Shown here: positions 38,977 through 52,949 of the stretch, piece by piece | How the letters are laid out: every line of letters begins with the position of its first letter | How positions within the stretch are numbered: the stretch's first letter is position 1 | From: Haliotis rufescens | Lineage: Eukaryota | Direction: 5' to 3' | Assembly: GCF_023055435.1 (NCBI RefSeq) | Contig: NW_025964361.1 | Coordinates: 38,130,001-38,194,000 of the forward strand | Length of the DNA: 64,000 bases | Notes under the pieces: model-generated | Told to the model about the DNA's origin: nothing | Databases searched by the model: none | The model's input: the letters and a program-made list of their open reading frames with translations, nothing else | Translations under genes and position numbers: made by a program

Positions 38977-40759
38977 TCTTTCTCACACTGAACATGTATT
39001 CTAACATAAAAATGTATAAGTGTCTATAAAGTGTTGCAAGAGTATAAACATGTTTTTGTGTTTATTTATAAACGTCTCAATGTGCATTTAATTTAAAACG
39101 GTCCTGTATCTACATAAACACGTATGTTTATAAACATATATACACGTGGACGTGTCTATAAAGTGTTGCATCATCAGTGTTTATTTCTGTGTTTAAACAG
39201 AAACACTTGTTTTTAGAGTGCAGATGAAAAAAAGCATGACAAATGATTCGGAACAAATCGGAAGCTACAACCCCATGAACTACAGCACAGCTGATTCCTA
39301 CTTGATGCTAAGTACTCGCGTTCCCAGTGAACATAAGTGTCCTGTTGTCAGGAGAATCGTGGGTCAAGGTAACCACACAGTAAAGGTTATTTATTACTGG
39401 TGTAACATGGTCCGTGTACCGTATGCCATAAAGGAAACGCGTTTCCATCTTGCAGGCACGACGTTATATCCGGGTTCATCATACCCAGTGGTATACTATA
39501 TAGAGGCTATTTTACGTGTCGAATTAAATACCATGTATCTCATAATATTATCTCGGCAATATTAAAGGAGACACATGGAATATCCTGTTTATTATAATTA
39601 TACTTGTTTTGATTTGTATTTTTACAAATGTACAACCCTTGAAACGTAAATTCTCCCAAACTAACACGCAGGGACGTTTCACCACTCCTTGAAATTGCGA
39701 CTTAGAAAGTAGTTCCGGGTCTAAAATTTAAAAAATATATATAATTATATAAATATTTGAGGCCACTAAACTTCTTGATCATACATCATACATCTGATTA
39801 TATGCACAATCAACTTTAACAACGAATATTCTTGAAACCTACGATACGGCTGTTGTAAGCGAAGTAATACAGGCTGGTCAAGTAACACAAATGGTGCTTT
39901 GCGAAACGAACAGTCTCGATTGAAGAGTTAAATGAGAAATATACAGTTTATAGCGAAACATTTATAAGAGAATAACAAACGGAAAGAATCGATATTAACT
40001 TCATAGATGACCATCTGTCATTAGTTTGTCCTGTCAATGTGGAATTAACGTAAAAAGGAATTCAACCCAAGCGAAACACTTACGATAAAGGGAGACAATT
40101 TGCGGGGAGGTAACTCCTGCATGACAATTGTTTCGTCAAAGTGTTATGTTCACAACAATAAAAAATATCCCTTCTCTCAACTTCAGAAAACTCATATAAT
40201 AAAATCCCACCTGAATGTACTTTTATATAAAATATGTCATAAACGTTAATATTTTGGATTTACCATCCCCAAACACACAAACATGACAACCTCATTATCG
40301 TATAATATCGTTCTCCGAAATCTCTTCCTATCTCTCACAAACATTACCAAAACATTGCAAGTTTTCCTGAAATTTGCGCATCAATGTATATCACGTCAGA
40401 GGGTAAGTGACAGTGACAGTAGCCAATTTAGTTCCAACTGAAACCTGTTTCTCATACGGTGGCGTTACTACATATACAGTATATATGCAAAACAACAATT
40501 GCCTGCACAAATTAAATTGTTTTTACTTGGCTTTCGCGGCAATCCATCGGCTTCATTTGACGAAGAGATTATGGTGTTGCCATTTTATGAACAGGTGCGA
40601 AATATATAGGAAAATCATGATTATATGATCATATATGCATTTGGTCATCAGTGCAAAAAAAAAAAAGACGTAACCGTGATGGAAATTTTGACCTTGCCCT
40701 AACTCTAATTCTTGTAAATAGAAATCTCTGCATAAAGGAAAGACGACTGTACGATTCCG

Positions 40760-41335
40760 ACTATATCATGAGCATGTGTTTATGAATCACTTGTAGTAAT
40801 GATACCAGAAGTTCGCGAAAAGGTGAGCGTATTTTTGTCCCAGCGGTGGCACCCGTCACAAACACATACAGAGGCAAGTCAACTGTACACCTGAAAAAAC
40901 AAGGGAACATATGGTATACGTCAAAATAGGGAATCACTTCGGACCTCATTTTTGTCAATGATGCGTCAAATTTGGAAATGTCCTCCACATGTCTACCATA
41001 AAACGTTTTGAAAGCTTTACTGAGGCCTTGAATGTTGTAACCTTGATCAAACAAATTCTGAGCAAGAGGCGTGTGACGCTTTTTGAAATCTTGGTAAATA
41101 GCGCAAGCTCGAATTGTATCTCAAAACCTGTTAAATGTAAACACCAAAGACTGGAGCTGCTGGAATACGGTGGTTTGCCACTCTGAATCTTTATGCATAG
41201 ATCTCAATATGAAACCGATGAGGCGGTCTCACTGGTATCCTTTATTTCTAGTTCAGGTGGGTAAATCAGTCGTAGGGAATTGGCTATTTGAACGATATCA
41301 GATCATCGATATACCTGAACCTTTTGTTAAACTCG
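40760..41335 (-). mobile_element. Naiad-type Penelope-like element, longest fragment
   Basis: EFNKRFRYIDDLISF (RT YxDD motif)...IYPPELEIKDTSETASSVSY...FGVYI...DQGY...FKTFYGRH. The RT is C-terminal with no downstream GIY-YIG, then the conserved 3' motif follows. Confidence 0.8.
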
Positions 41336-42019
41336 GTATTGGGGGAACAGGTACAGATAATGGACGTGGAACTTGTGAGAATATGCGGGAAAGACCAAAT
41401 TTAACCCCCAGTTCATAAATTGGACCGCGGTCGGATTCTGTTCAGGGAGTCATCATTATTTAATACGGGTAAATATGTTTAAAGCGTGTACTTTTTACTT
41501 ACCCCCTAAAGAGGCTCTACATAAGGTTAATTTGTCATAACATGCGGGCGGTTTAACAATAATTCTATCCATTTTAGCTATAATGTACGATAAACAACTC
41601 CCACTCGCCGTTTATTTCTTAAATATTCAAAATGACTTCTGTTTTTATGGGGACGGTTCTCGACAAAAACTTTCTAAAATGAAATATACATATTTTATTA
41701 CATTTTTCACTTGAACGGCACTTTCCATTTTTGTTTAACCTACGCAGGTATGTGGAAATACCTGAAGCGTTCTTCTGCCCAAATAAAGGTATTACCTGTG
41801 TTTACTTGTATTTGTCGGGGCGTATTATCGAAGATGACACTAACATGGTGTAGCAGGAGAAACTTTGGCCTCTTTTGACACAATAAGTATGTGGGGGTCA
41901 ACAGCGATGCAAGGTGAATGTCTCGTTGAGAATAGACGTACATATCTGCTGCAGCAATATACGAAGTCGAGAGAAGATGAGACCTATTAGTAATATAATG
42001 CGTGGGGAGACTAATCGTT

Positions 42020-42442
42020 AAATGGAGTCTGATGCTTTCGATCGTCACTGGTCTCGATTCCTCACATGGGTACAACGACCCGTGAAGATTCCGGGGTTAG
42101 AATAGGTCTTCAGCAACCCATACTTGCCGTTAAAGGCTACTATGCTTGTCGTAAAAGGCGACTAACGGGATCGGGTGGTCAGGCTCGCTGACTTAGTTGA
42201 TACATGTCATCGATCCCAATTGCATGGATCGATGATCATGATGTCAATCACTGGATTGTCTGGTCCAGACTCGATTATTTTACAGACCGCCGTCATATAG
42301 CTGGAATATTGCTGAGTGCGGCGTAAAACAACAAACAAGCAAAACAAGCATGGGTACAATGTGTGAAGCTCATTCCAGGTGACCCTAGCTGTCATATCGT
42401 TGGGTTATTGCTAAAGGCAGCGTAAAACCACACTCACTCACT
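42020..42442 (+). mobile_element. Old SINE A interrupted by a full-length SINE B (42076-42347)
   Basis: TSD catgggtacaa on both sides of the B copy. Confidence 0.88.
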
Positions 42443-42581
42443 AACAGTAGAGATAGAATAGACTGAAAAATCGTGTATGAGGGAGGATTTGAACTGAAAC
42501 CGTGTTTGTGCCGACACACCCACTCACTGGCTTCGGAAATGGGTTAATCCGAACAATGGGGCACCCGTACCCTCTACACTA

Positions 42582-42716
42582 GAGTGAGTGAGTGAATATG
42601 GTTTTACGCCGCCTTCAGCAATATTTCAGCAATATCATGTATCATTGTATCCATGTGGGGAATCGAACCCTGGCTTTTCGGCGTGACGAGCGAACACTTT
42701 AACCACAAGACTGCCA
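42582..42716 (-). mobile_element. SINE family A, internally deleted
   Basis: Consensus match. Confidence 0.8.
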
Positions 42717-43168
42717 AAAAAGGTTAAAAGTGTGATGCCGTTCAATAAAACCGATGGATAATAAAACGACTAATGAAAAAAACGGATTGGATGGTTGGGT
42801 CAACAGACGGACAATTCTGGAATCACGATGTCACGATTGGGCAATAAATGTTTTGAAAAACGGGTGACAAAATGATCTACAGACAAGGCGACATTGTCCA
42901 AACTGTCACCGATATCAGCGACGCTGCCGACATCAGGAAACGGGGTCACCTGTAAACTACGTGACTCCACGTGCCGGGGTGAAGGTCACGTCGGTTAGGC
43001 GTAGTTACGCTGTGACTGCCGAGAGGATAAAGTGTGTGTGGCCCTAAGCGCTGTAATTAAGTTGTAATTAATGGCACAGCTCCACGCGGATGTCAGGAAG
43101 GAAGAGTCGGGATGTTATATTGCGAGGCGGGACCGTGCCATTGTACTCCGGCGGCGTTGGTCGTTGTT

Positions 43169-43217
<49 letters not shown>

Positions 43218-43352
43218 CTGCTACTGCTTCTATTACACAACTACTACTACTGTTACTGCCACTACTACCACTACTTCTGCTGCTTTTCTGCTACTGCTTC
43301 TATTACACAACTTCTACTACTGTTACTGCCGCCACTTATACTACTGTTACTA

Positions 43353-43401
<49 letters not shown>

Positions 43402-43537
43402 GCTACTGCTTCTATTACACAACTACTACTACTGTTACTGCCACTACTACCACTACTTCTGCTGCTTTTCTGCTAATGCTTCTATTACACAACTTCTACT
43501 ACTGTTACTGCCGCCACTAATACTACTGTTACTACTA

Positions 43538-43572
<35 letters not shown>

Positions 43573-43861
43573 CTGCTACTGCTTCTATTACACAAATACT
43601 ACTACTGTTACTACCACTACTACTACTACCACTACTACTACCACTACTACTACTACTACTACTACTGCCGCTGCCGCTGCCTCTATACAACTATACCACT
43701 ACTACTACTACTACAACTACCACCACCGCAACTACTACTACTGTTACTGCCACGACTACTACTACTACTAGTACTACTACTACTCCTTCACATACAACCA
43801 CACCACTACTACTACTGCTGCTACTACAACTACCACCACCGCCACTACTTTACTGTTACTG

Positions 43862-43893
<32 letters not shown>

Positions 43894-43905
43894 GCTTCTG
43901 CTACA
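43169..43905. repeat. Compound (CTA)n/(CTG)n microsatellite with an about 175-180-bp higher-order unit
   Basis: ctactgcttctattacacaa recurs at 43221, 43403 and 43576. Confidence 0.92.
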
Positions 43906-45494
43906 GCTATTGTTTCCCGGATAAAATTTTACGTTTATCTTGCATCAATCAACCCACCCACACCACCTTTACAAAAAGATGTGCAGAAGCCTTTTTTAAA
44001 ATACACATCGGTTCACGGTATTATGACAACTGAATATAATGGCGTCGTAAACATACTATTAGACAATATGCCGTGCAATATGACCAGCAATGGCCAGCTA
44101 CAGAGAACAAAGGGAAGAAGGTTTATGCTTGCAACAAACCTATTATTCACACGCTGCAATTTGCCATCTGATGTGCGTGTGGTGAGACTGGATGATGTAT
44201 GCCTAACAACGTTTCATTTGTTATACCGCACAGCACCCCTTGTAACGGGTGGCTCAGAACAGGTGTACGCAGTGACAATCAAATCGTGCATTTGTTGTCA
44301 TAAATGTGCGAATGTGTACACAAACCGGTTTATCTTTAAGGATATATGACAGTGTAGGCATGTGTTTGTTGGATTTAAGAGACTTACGTGGAGAATGCAG
44401 ATTTAATTTTTTATGAAACATTTTTATAACCAGTTTCTTCACGCCTAACAGTTCCCACAAATATTGCAATGCATTGCATTTTGTCGTGGAAGTTCAAAAA
44501 CTGCTTAATTCGCTATAAAAGAAAAAAAAATAACTGCTTCATGCAAAGTGGTGTAATCAGTGTCGATCAGTGTAAATTAGTAAATATTCCCATGTGCATT
44601 TGTTAGTGTAAAGACCAACCCGAGCGCTCGACGCCATTGAACGCGGAGATTATATTTACTTTCGTGACCGACAGCCGCGATTCAGCCAATATTTCGATAA
44701 AATGACCCGATTGAGGTAATAACATCTTCCCCACGCAAGGGCGTAAACTGACTATAAAAGTCAAGTTTTCACCTTGCCGAACGAGGCTGGAATTCCGGAC
44801 CTATATTTTAACTGGACTAAAGTGTCTTTGCAAAGTCCAATCGAAATTGCGAAACGAACTGGACAACATGAATTTCAACGTGCAGATTACGGTCGACTGC
44901 AGGATTTGCAAATCATGTGCACTGTCAACTGAGCGTCGACAGATATTTTGCAAATCTTTTCATGTTTTAATGAAGGTGCTCAAGTTCTTTGATTGCACTT
45001 CGCGGAGTAAGACCCGACAATATAAAGATCTTCATTATCGATCAGATCATCATGACCGGGCGCCGCCATTTTGTTTGAAACAAATGCAAGTGATATGAGA
45101 GATGGAACCTGATTGGTCAAAAGGAGGGATAAAGAAGGGACATTACTCGTAATAGCCACTGCGATCGAACCTTGAAATTCCAGCCTATTTCGGCAGGGGT
45201 GCATGGAAACTGGACTTTTACAGTCAGTTGACTCACTTGTCTCGGGAAGATGGGTAATAAACTGCGAAAACTGCGACCTCACTGTGGTATTGCTGGAATA
45301 TTGCAAAGGACGTCGTGAAATAATCCCCCCCTTCAGTACACACGCACGACAGAGCAGAGGACACAAATCAAGTGACGTTAAGCAACGTCGGCCGCGGAGA
45401 GCCCTTGGATTGGTGACCGCGTTCCGGCAACTTGTCTCCTGAGAGTTTCTAGGGCTTCGGTCCTGCCCCATAGTGAAGCACATGTAACACATGT

Positions 45495-45580
45495 GGCGTC
45501 CCCTTGGGCGAAATGACTTTGTCGAAATGTGCCTCTGTTCACCCAGCAGTGAGTGGGTTCCCGGTAGCATGAGATGGCAA
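45495..45580 (+). mobile_element. CORE-like SINE relic (second copy at about 49000-49115)
   Basis: cctctg(t/c)ccacc(c/g)agcag(t/c)ga(g/a)tgggt(t/a)cccggtag is shared by both loci. Confidence 0.5.
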
Positions 45581-45741
45581 GACCAATTCTAATCCGGATC
45601 TTCACAGGTTTGTAACTCTACGATTGAGGCAATAGCTGAAGTGCCCTTGTTTACATTGTTGGCTCTGTTGTCACAATCACACACCTCATTATCCGATAAT
45701 CACCCTACACATACTATAAAAAGTAGTTATCATTACTTGAA

Positions 45742-45908
45742 GGGGCTTTTGGGTAGCCTAGTGGTTAAAAGCGTTCGCTCGTCACGCCGAAGACCCGGGT
45801 TCGATTCCCGACATGGGTACAATGTGTGAAGCCCATTTCTGGTGACCCCCGCCGTGATATTGCTGGAATATTGCTAAAAGCGGCGTAAAACCATACTCAC
45901 TCACTCAC
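45742..45908 (+). mobile_element. SINE family A, full length
   Basis: TSD ttacttgaa. Confidence 0.92.
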
Positions 45909-46347
45909 TTTACTTGAAAAGGCCTTTGGTGACGTAAATGTATTTGTAATCTAGCCCTATCATGTATACCAATTCTGTTGAGAGTCGCCCCCCTTTGATC
46001 TGGTTTTCCAATAAAGGTAGCAGCAGCCATAAAATACCGTGCGCTATGCACACAATAATACAGCATCATGGATACAATGGACGCTTTTCTATTTTTTTAA
46101 AACATTAGATGGCCAAGAATGTATATTTGTTGAACCATTTACGTGTCATGAATTTAGCTTTACGGGTTAAATACTACCTTTACGCGTAGTAATTTGTTTA
46201 CGTGTAAAATCACATGGAATTGGTCAAAGTCTTTACGCGAAAAGATTAAGAAGTTTATTAATCATAATCATGCATGGGAGTTTCACTGGTCAAAGTATTA
46301 ACGCGTAATGAATTCAGCTTTGAGCGTAAAAATATCTTTGTGCGTAA

Positions 46348-46712
46348 AATGAATTCCGCCTTAGGTGTAACATAAAACAACTGCATTTACACGTAATAAA
46401 ACATACCTTTACATGTAAAATAATTAGCTTCACACGTAATTGAAATAGCTTTACACGTAAAATGAATTCCGCCTTAGGTGTAACATAAAACAACTGCATT
46501 TACACGTAATAAAACATACCTTTACATGTAAAATAATTAGCTTCACACGTAATTGAAATAGCTTTACACGTAAAATGAATTTTCGCCTTAGGTGTAACAT
46601 AAAACAACAAATTTCACGTAATAAAACATAAATTTACATGTAAAATAATAAGCTTTACACGTAATTCAAATAGCTTTACACGTAAAATGAATTTCGTTTT
46701 AGGTGCAACATA
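46348..46712. repeat. 113-bp tandem repeat (about 3.2 units) built from tttacacgtaa subunits
   Basis: aatgaatt recurs at 46348, 46461, 46574 and 46686. Confidence 0.88.
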
Positions 46713-47837
46713 TATCATCCGATCCTCTCAGCTAGCCATACACATCTACTTACGACCACCGTAGGCTTACGATCGCTAATCTGGAATGTATCTCTGTCAG
46801 CGGTTCTCTTGGCCTGACGGTTGAGAAGGGTAGGATTTACGGTAGTGTGCTCCTAACACGTGCACCACGGAACGACCGAGGTATGTTAAGGTATGCCGAG
46901 GTCACGTAGCCGAGGCAGAATACGACTGTCCTGTCAACATATCTTTGTTACAGAAGTCAAGATAATGGATGATGGTTGTAAAACCGACTGTAAAACAATA
47001 ACTGTCGTGGTGCACCGGTCATGCGTTGTAATCTGTCAACGTTGAGGTATATGTGCTATGAAAACAGTTTTATTGAAATTATTTTCACTAAAATTCCATA
47101 TCGTCACCTATGGCGTCAATGTCGGCGAGGTGGCAATTGTAAAGCTGAAGACTCGATCTTTCACACAGGAGTCTGTAAACCAATTTTGATAGATCTTGCC
47201 GGCAAATATTTTTTTTATTACAAACACGTGTTTATGTTGTGCATAAATTATTTTACATGTATTTTTCGAGAAAGGGACAGTGATAGCCAGAGGTCAAAAG
47301 GGTTGCATGGGTGGATGCAGGGTTGTGCCCCATCACGTACAAGGATCCGCTGACCATACATATAGGTTTCAATCTATGGTTCTTGTGATCCAAGTGGTAA
47401 ACTACGTTTACGATCTGCGTTCCTTTGAGGTTTACGCACTCAATCATCTGACATGCCGTCATGTAATTATAAACCCAACTCACTCACTCAATCTTTTGCT
47501 TAAAATGACACTGACCGGAATCAGGATTGATAGCTTAACACAATTTGAAAACTTTAAGACATTATTTCATCTTAAATATCCTTTTCTCTCTTCAGAATAC
47601 ATTTTTTTTGGTCCTACCATGTACTGTCTGCCCATTTGGCAGACATGGAAATGTAGTATGGCCTATGTAATTCGAATATTTTTAATATCATTTCTGAAAT
47701 AAGACTTCAGGGATGTTAGGTGGTATTTGATGCTAATATAGTCTTAGCGTGTGTAAAAAAGAGAAAATATCGCCCACCTAGTTATGAAGTGACTAGTATA
47801 TCGCTGAAGATGAAACATCATCACTCAAAGCTAGCGG

Positions 47838-48065
47838 AGCCGGGTTAGAATAGGTTTAGCAACCCATGCTTTTGGTAAGAGGCGACTAACGGGATCAGGT
47901 GGTCAGGCTGGCTGACTTGGTTAATGCATGTCATCGTATCCTAATTGCGTGGATCGATGCTCATGATATCACTGGATTGTCTGTTCCAGACTCGATTATT
48001 TACAGACCGACGTCATATAGCTGGAATATTGCTGAGTGCGTCGTTAAACAACAAATCAGCAAACT
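47838..48065 (+). mobile_element. SINE family B
   Basis: TSD aagctagcgg. Confidence 0.88.
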
Positions 48066-48145
48066 AAGCTAGCGGCAGTAACAATGACATCGGCCAACAT
48101 GCACATTGTTCATGATAGCAGCAGGATGTATTTCTCTTGTTGATA

Positions 48146-48315
48146 AGGGCGGTCGGGTAGCCTAGTGGTTAAAGCATTCGCTCGTCACGCCGAAAACCCG
48201 GGTTCGATTCCCGACATGGGTACAATGTGTGTAGCCCATTTCTGGTGTCTCCCGCCGTGATATTGCTGGAATATTGCTAAAAGCGGCGTAAAAACCATAC
48301 TCACTCACTCACTCA
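48146..48315 (+). mobile_element. SINE family A, full length
   Basis: TSD ctcttgttgataa. Confidence 0.92.
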
Positions 48316-48776
48316 CTCTTGTTGATAAGGGCTTCACAGCGTATCACTTCCATCACGGACAATGAGTGGTAACTATTGTAGCTTTAGCTTTGACAGTGTA
48401 TGAGTTTGGTTTAACATTAAACAGTATTTCAGTATTATTATTGCAGGCTATCTTGTTGTTGGAGGAAAGCCTTGCCCGTTTAACACTAGTGAATCCCCCG
48501 AACACGGTTCAATTGACCTTGTATAGGTAGCGTGTATTGCTTTAAGTGCTTGAGTGGATATTGTTCCTCAAGTAAGATAAAACAACTAAATCATGCCGAC
48601 CTCCAAATAATTGATCCTGGGCCAGACAAATTGGTGGGTGATAGCAAGAGCACCGATTATTCACGACACCTGGGTGGGAATCGAAGAATAAGTCGGATCA
48701 TATATTGTAGCCAGCTTACAAAACACATGTTTGTGTCGGTTCAAAGATAACCAAAAGATATCAATGTCAAATTCTA

Positions 48777-48932
48777 GTGTACGTGCGTCACGTATGTGTG
48801 CCTACGCGTGTTTGTGTGTGCCTGCGCGTGTGTTTGTGTGTGCGTGGTGTATGTGTACGTGCTGTTTGTGTGCGCGTGCACCTGTGTATGTGTGTGCGTG
48901 CGCGTGTGCCTGTGTGTGCGTACGCGTGCTGT
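48777..48932. repeat. Degenerate (GT)/(GC) dinucleotide tract
   Basis: Direct reading. Confidence 0.85.
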
Positions 48933-49665
48933 ATACGAGACAAAGGAAAGGATTTGTCGTAGATCTAGACTCAGACCCCCATCATGCATATATTCAGTCT
49001 GACAGGGGGTCACTCATTCCTGGCGTCGCGGTTAATGTAGTAATGACCAGTCGATACGAAACCTACCTCTGTCCACCGAGCAGCGAATGGGTACCCGGTA
49101 GGATGAGATGGTTATGCGAATGCAAGGTGTCGGGTCCTCAGATGGTCGTCAACTGTCGATTAAGTCGTTGTGTGCGTTGTGAAAAACAGGATTAAGCCCA
49201 AATACATCTGAAACATTTTTTTCTTAACAACTTGTGTTAAGTCATATGGGTGTGAAAATAAATAAAAACACAGCAAATAACATTTGAATATTTTGTTAAT
49301 CTTGTAGTATATAGTCCATATGATCCTGTAAGATATGTTGAACACTGTTTATCCTCAAAGCCACCACAAGCAACTGGTTCCGGGCTGCTGCGCATCCTAA
49401 CAGTGACTGGACTAAGGGAAATAACTCGGTACGGAGTGCTCTCTGCAACGACAAATGAATGAATGATTTGAGTTTGCTGGTTCGATTACCATGTAATAAA
49501 CTTTACACACCGCTTTTCAATTCTCGTTCAAAATTTGTATTTTGACTTGATAAACAACAATGTTTGAGTTGATTTCAGCTGATGTAATACAGTAACTAAC
49601 TATTTAAACTTGAATATTCTCATGAACGGTTCTAAAATATTTAATTTACATTTCTTCTTCTTGGA

Positions 49666-49749
49666 GAAGCCCATTTCTGGTGTCCCCGCGCCGTGATATT
49701 GCTGGAATATTGCTAAAAGCGGCCTAAACCATACTCATTCACTCACTCG
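49666..49749 (+). mobile_element. SINE family A, 5'-truncated
   Basis: TSD tcttggagaa. Confidence 0.85.
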
Positions 49750-50017
49750 TCTTGGAGAAATGTAAAATAACGGTTTTGTAGCTGCCATATTGTGATACGA
49801 ACATGTTTATATATAAAACAAATAATTTAAATATTATTTTATTCTTTCTCTTTGTCCGTTGTGTAAAACCCAAACCTATATGAAAAAGGAATAACTCCGT
49901 AAAGCACACACTTTTGAAACCACACCAGTCATAGACAGCTCCGATCTGAAATCGTCAAAATTGATAATATGACTAAAATGTAGCGAAAATAATTATAGTG
50001 AGTGAGTTGTGTTTTAC

Positions 50018-50335
50018 GCCGTTTTGAACAGTATTCAAGTTATGTCACGGCGTGTCAGCTTGATGTGGGAGGAAAGCCTGAAGTGATGCAGGTCTCAGAC
50101 GTTCATCGCTTTGGTGCAACCCACGATCACGGGTATGGTGCTGACAAACCTAGAAACGTAATGGAGCGAACCCGGATTCGAACCCACAATCATAGGTTTC
50201 TGGCGTGCCCAAGGGACGCAACTCTGCACAGCGAATCGCGGCGCCGACATGGGTACAATGTGTGAAGCCCATTGCTGGTGTCCCCCGCGGTGATATTGCT
50301 GAATGTTGCTGAAAGCGGCGTAAAACCATACTCAA
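50018..50335. mobile_element. Head-to-head SINE C (minus) / SINE A 3' half (plus) chimera
   Basis: Junction tcgcggcgcc|gacatgggtac is the reverse complement of the junction at 17950. Confidence 0.85.
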
Positions 50336-50701
50336 ACATGTACTTACTGTTGATAAGGGCATCACAACGTATCAGTGTGTGAGTTTGGTTTAACATTAAA
50401 CAGTCAGTATTTCAGTATTATCATTGCAGGCTATCTTGTTGTTGGAGGAAAGCCTTGCCCGTTTAACACTAGTGAACCCCCCGAACACGGTTCAATTGAC
50501 CTTTTATAGGTAGCGTGTATTGCTTTAAGTACTTGAGTGGATATTGTTCTTCAAGTAAGTTAAAACAACTAAATCATGGCGACCTCCAAATAATCGATCC
50601 TGGGGGATCGATCTGTCAACTATCTGTCAATAGTTGTACTTCTGCTGTCACAAATCACAAATTGGTGGGTGATGGCGTGGGAGAAACGCCTGAATTGATC
50701 C

Positions 50702-50704
<3 letters not shown>

Positions 50705-50770
<66 letters not shown>
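50705..50770. repeat. (GA)n microsatellite
   Basis: Direct reading. Confidence 0.97.
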
Positions 50771-50774
<4 letters not shown>

Positions 50775-51300
50775 GTAACCGAGTAAGGAGATATGTAACA
50801 CAGCAGGCATCGTACTGTGATTGCCAAGGGTTGTTTCGTAATTAACGAGTTACCTCCCTTACACCATGGAATCGCAATGCCTCGAGTCATGCATCACAAT
50901 CAATGGCTTCAGGAAAAGATGAGTGGATTCAATTCACGGTACAACCTTTTCACAATACGGAAGCGGTTACTACATTTTAAGACTCGTGTAGGTTTAGTAT
51001 GTTATTTCAGATTAACAAAACAACCTGTCTACTGCAATTTAAATTGAATGAATTTTTAATGCTTTTTATCAGCGGTATTATGGTTAAAGAGAGATAATGA
51101 AATTTAACTACAGTTCTTTCATTTTCAAGGCCGACTAAAAACCAGCTCACCAACTTTAGCATTGATATGGCGGTAGTGCAGACCTGATAGAAACATTGTA
51201 TTGGCGAACAAGATGTCATGGTTTAATGTCGCAACCATCTTTATTTCAGTTTCTGTTTCTTGGTTCAGATTGAACTCAAGCTTGAAATGTCAAGACTCAG

Positions 51301-51530
51301 TTATTGTTTGTTGTTTAACGCCGCACAGCAATATTCCAGCTATATGTCGGCGGTCTGTAAATAATCGAGTCCCGACAAGACAATCCAGTGATTGACATCA
51401 TGAGCATCGGTCTACGCAAACGGTATACGATGACATGCTTCAACCAAGTCAGCGAACCTGACCACCCGATCCCGTTAGTCGCCTCTTACAAGCGTTGGTT
51501 GCTGAATTCTAACCCGGATCTTCAAGGGAG
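51301..51530 (-). mobile_element. SINE family B
   Basis: Consensus match. Confidence 0.88.
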
Positions 51531-51547
51531 AAATCAGTTATTGGCAT

Positions 51548-51690
51548 TACCCCCTTAATGCCGAGCGCCAGGCAGGGTAACAACAGGTACCATCTTTTAA
51601 CGTCTTTTGGTATGACGCGGCCAGGGGATCGAACCACCGACCTGCCGCTCTCTGGACAGACTCTCGATCCACTACACCACCGAGGCGGTC
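51548..51690 (-). mobile_element. SINE family D, 5' half
   Basis: Consensus match. Confidence 0.85.
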
Positions 51691-52949
51691 GCCAACTATT
51701 TGAATGCCCAGGATGCAAGCGATGCTAGTGTAGGTTCTTCACTGTGGCAGTGCTAGAATATTGCAAAAGCACGTCGTAAAATAATACCCCCTCCAGTACA
51801 ATCAGCCATTACAACTCCGACTGCAGGACACATTGGTGACCTTTCAAATTTAAAGACATGATTGTTTTTAGTTTTAAAGAAGCTTTAATTCTTAAATTCG
51901 TCCCGTGGCACTTGTAGGAAATGCGAGCTTAACTCACCGTTCAAACATCATTTTAAGTCCAATCATCTTGCTTGGCATAATGTGTGAAGAATATGACAAT
52001 ATTTAATAAATATTTCATCAAACCAGAGTGAATATTTCATACTTGGCGTCTTATGAGGCAGGCCGTGTAATAACTTCTGAAAAGAAATGATCACGGCGTT
52101 GGAAAGCAAAGAAGACTATGGTAACATAACCTAGTTTGCCGCGGAGGAATAGTCTGTGGAAGGTGCAATTCGGCGTAACTTGTGTGATAATTGTGTCCGC
52201 TCCGATAGAAGATTTAGAGAGTCACGCCTTCTCCTTACCGTTCCTAATCAGTTCGTAGCTCAGATATTAAACTCAGGACCAGGTGCCAATTCTGGTCTTG
52301 TAACCATGGTGACCATGCGGAGCTCACACCTCATGCTTATGACTCAGGTACTGAGATCGCCCTTTGTTGAGTACTACCTATCCTGCATTCTCTCTCAACC
52401 ATTCTGATGCAATACAGATGTGATTGTATGATGGCAATCAGTTTTTCAGACCGACTGTGCCAATAGTTTTTGTGTGTGTAATTGGTGGAATGTATTGGGA
52501 ACTGCCTAAACCGTGATAACAAATGTAGGCAAATGTCTACGTGACATTGTGGCATCGAAGTATAAAGAAATATCAGACAATTACTTTTTTTAGCTTGTTT
52601 CCTCTTCCCGTCTCTTTGCTAAATTGGTTTTTGCGAAACATGTCTGAGCCATGTGGACTGGTCATTTTTTAGGTTTGGGCCAGGCAGACAGAAAGGAAGA
52701 ACTGTCGTTTGGAACATATTGTGATGTCAGAACAACTGGCATTGTTCTCAAGTAGAGTTATAGATCTGGCCATGAATTAATCACAGACAGTAACAAAAGT
52801 GCTGAACTAGAGGTTTTGAATTGAAAATCCGAAACGTTGCTTTCCGCTTGCTCCGACATTAGTTTGGTCGGATTAATAAGGTTTGTATTTACACAAATAT
52901 AAGCGACAACACCATTTCCATAAGCGTAAGAAAGAGTCCATAGTACGAT

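Noticed and set aside
40795-40865. SECIS element in the Naiad 3' UTR
   Set aside because: No apical AA at the expected spacing from the RUGA; the pseudoknot model fits better.
43071-43771. Poly-Thr/Leu/Tyr ORFs
   Set aside because: Trinucleotide microsatellite open in all three frames.
45055-45125. YY1-like and CCAAT motifs as a promoter (also the CRE cluster at about 28925)
   Set aside because: Short motifs with no linked transcript; equally likely to be transposon-derived.
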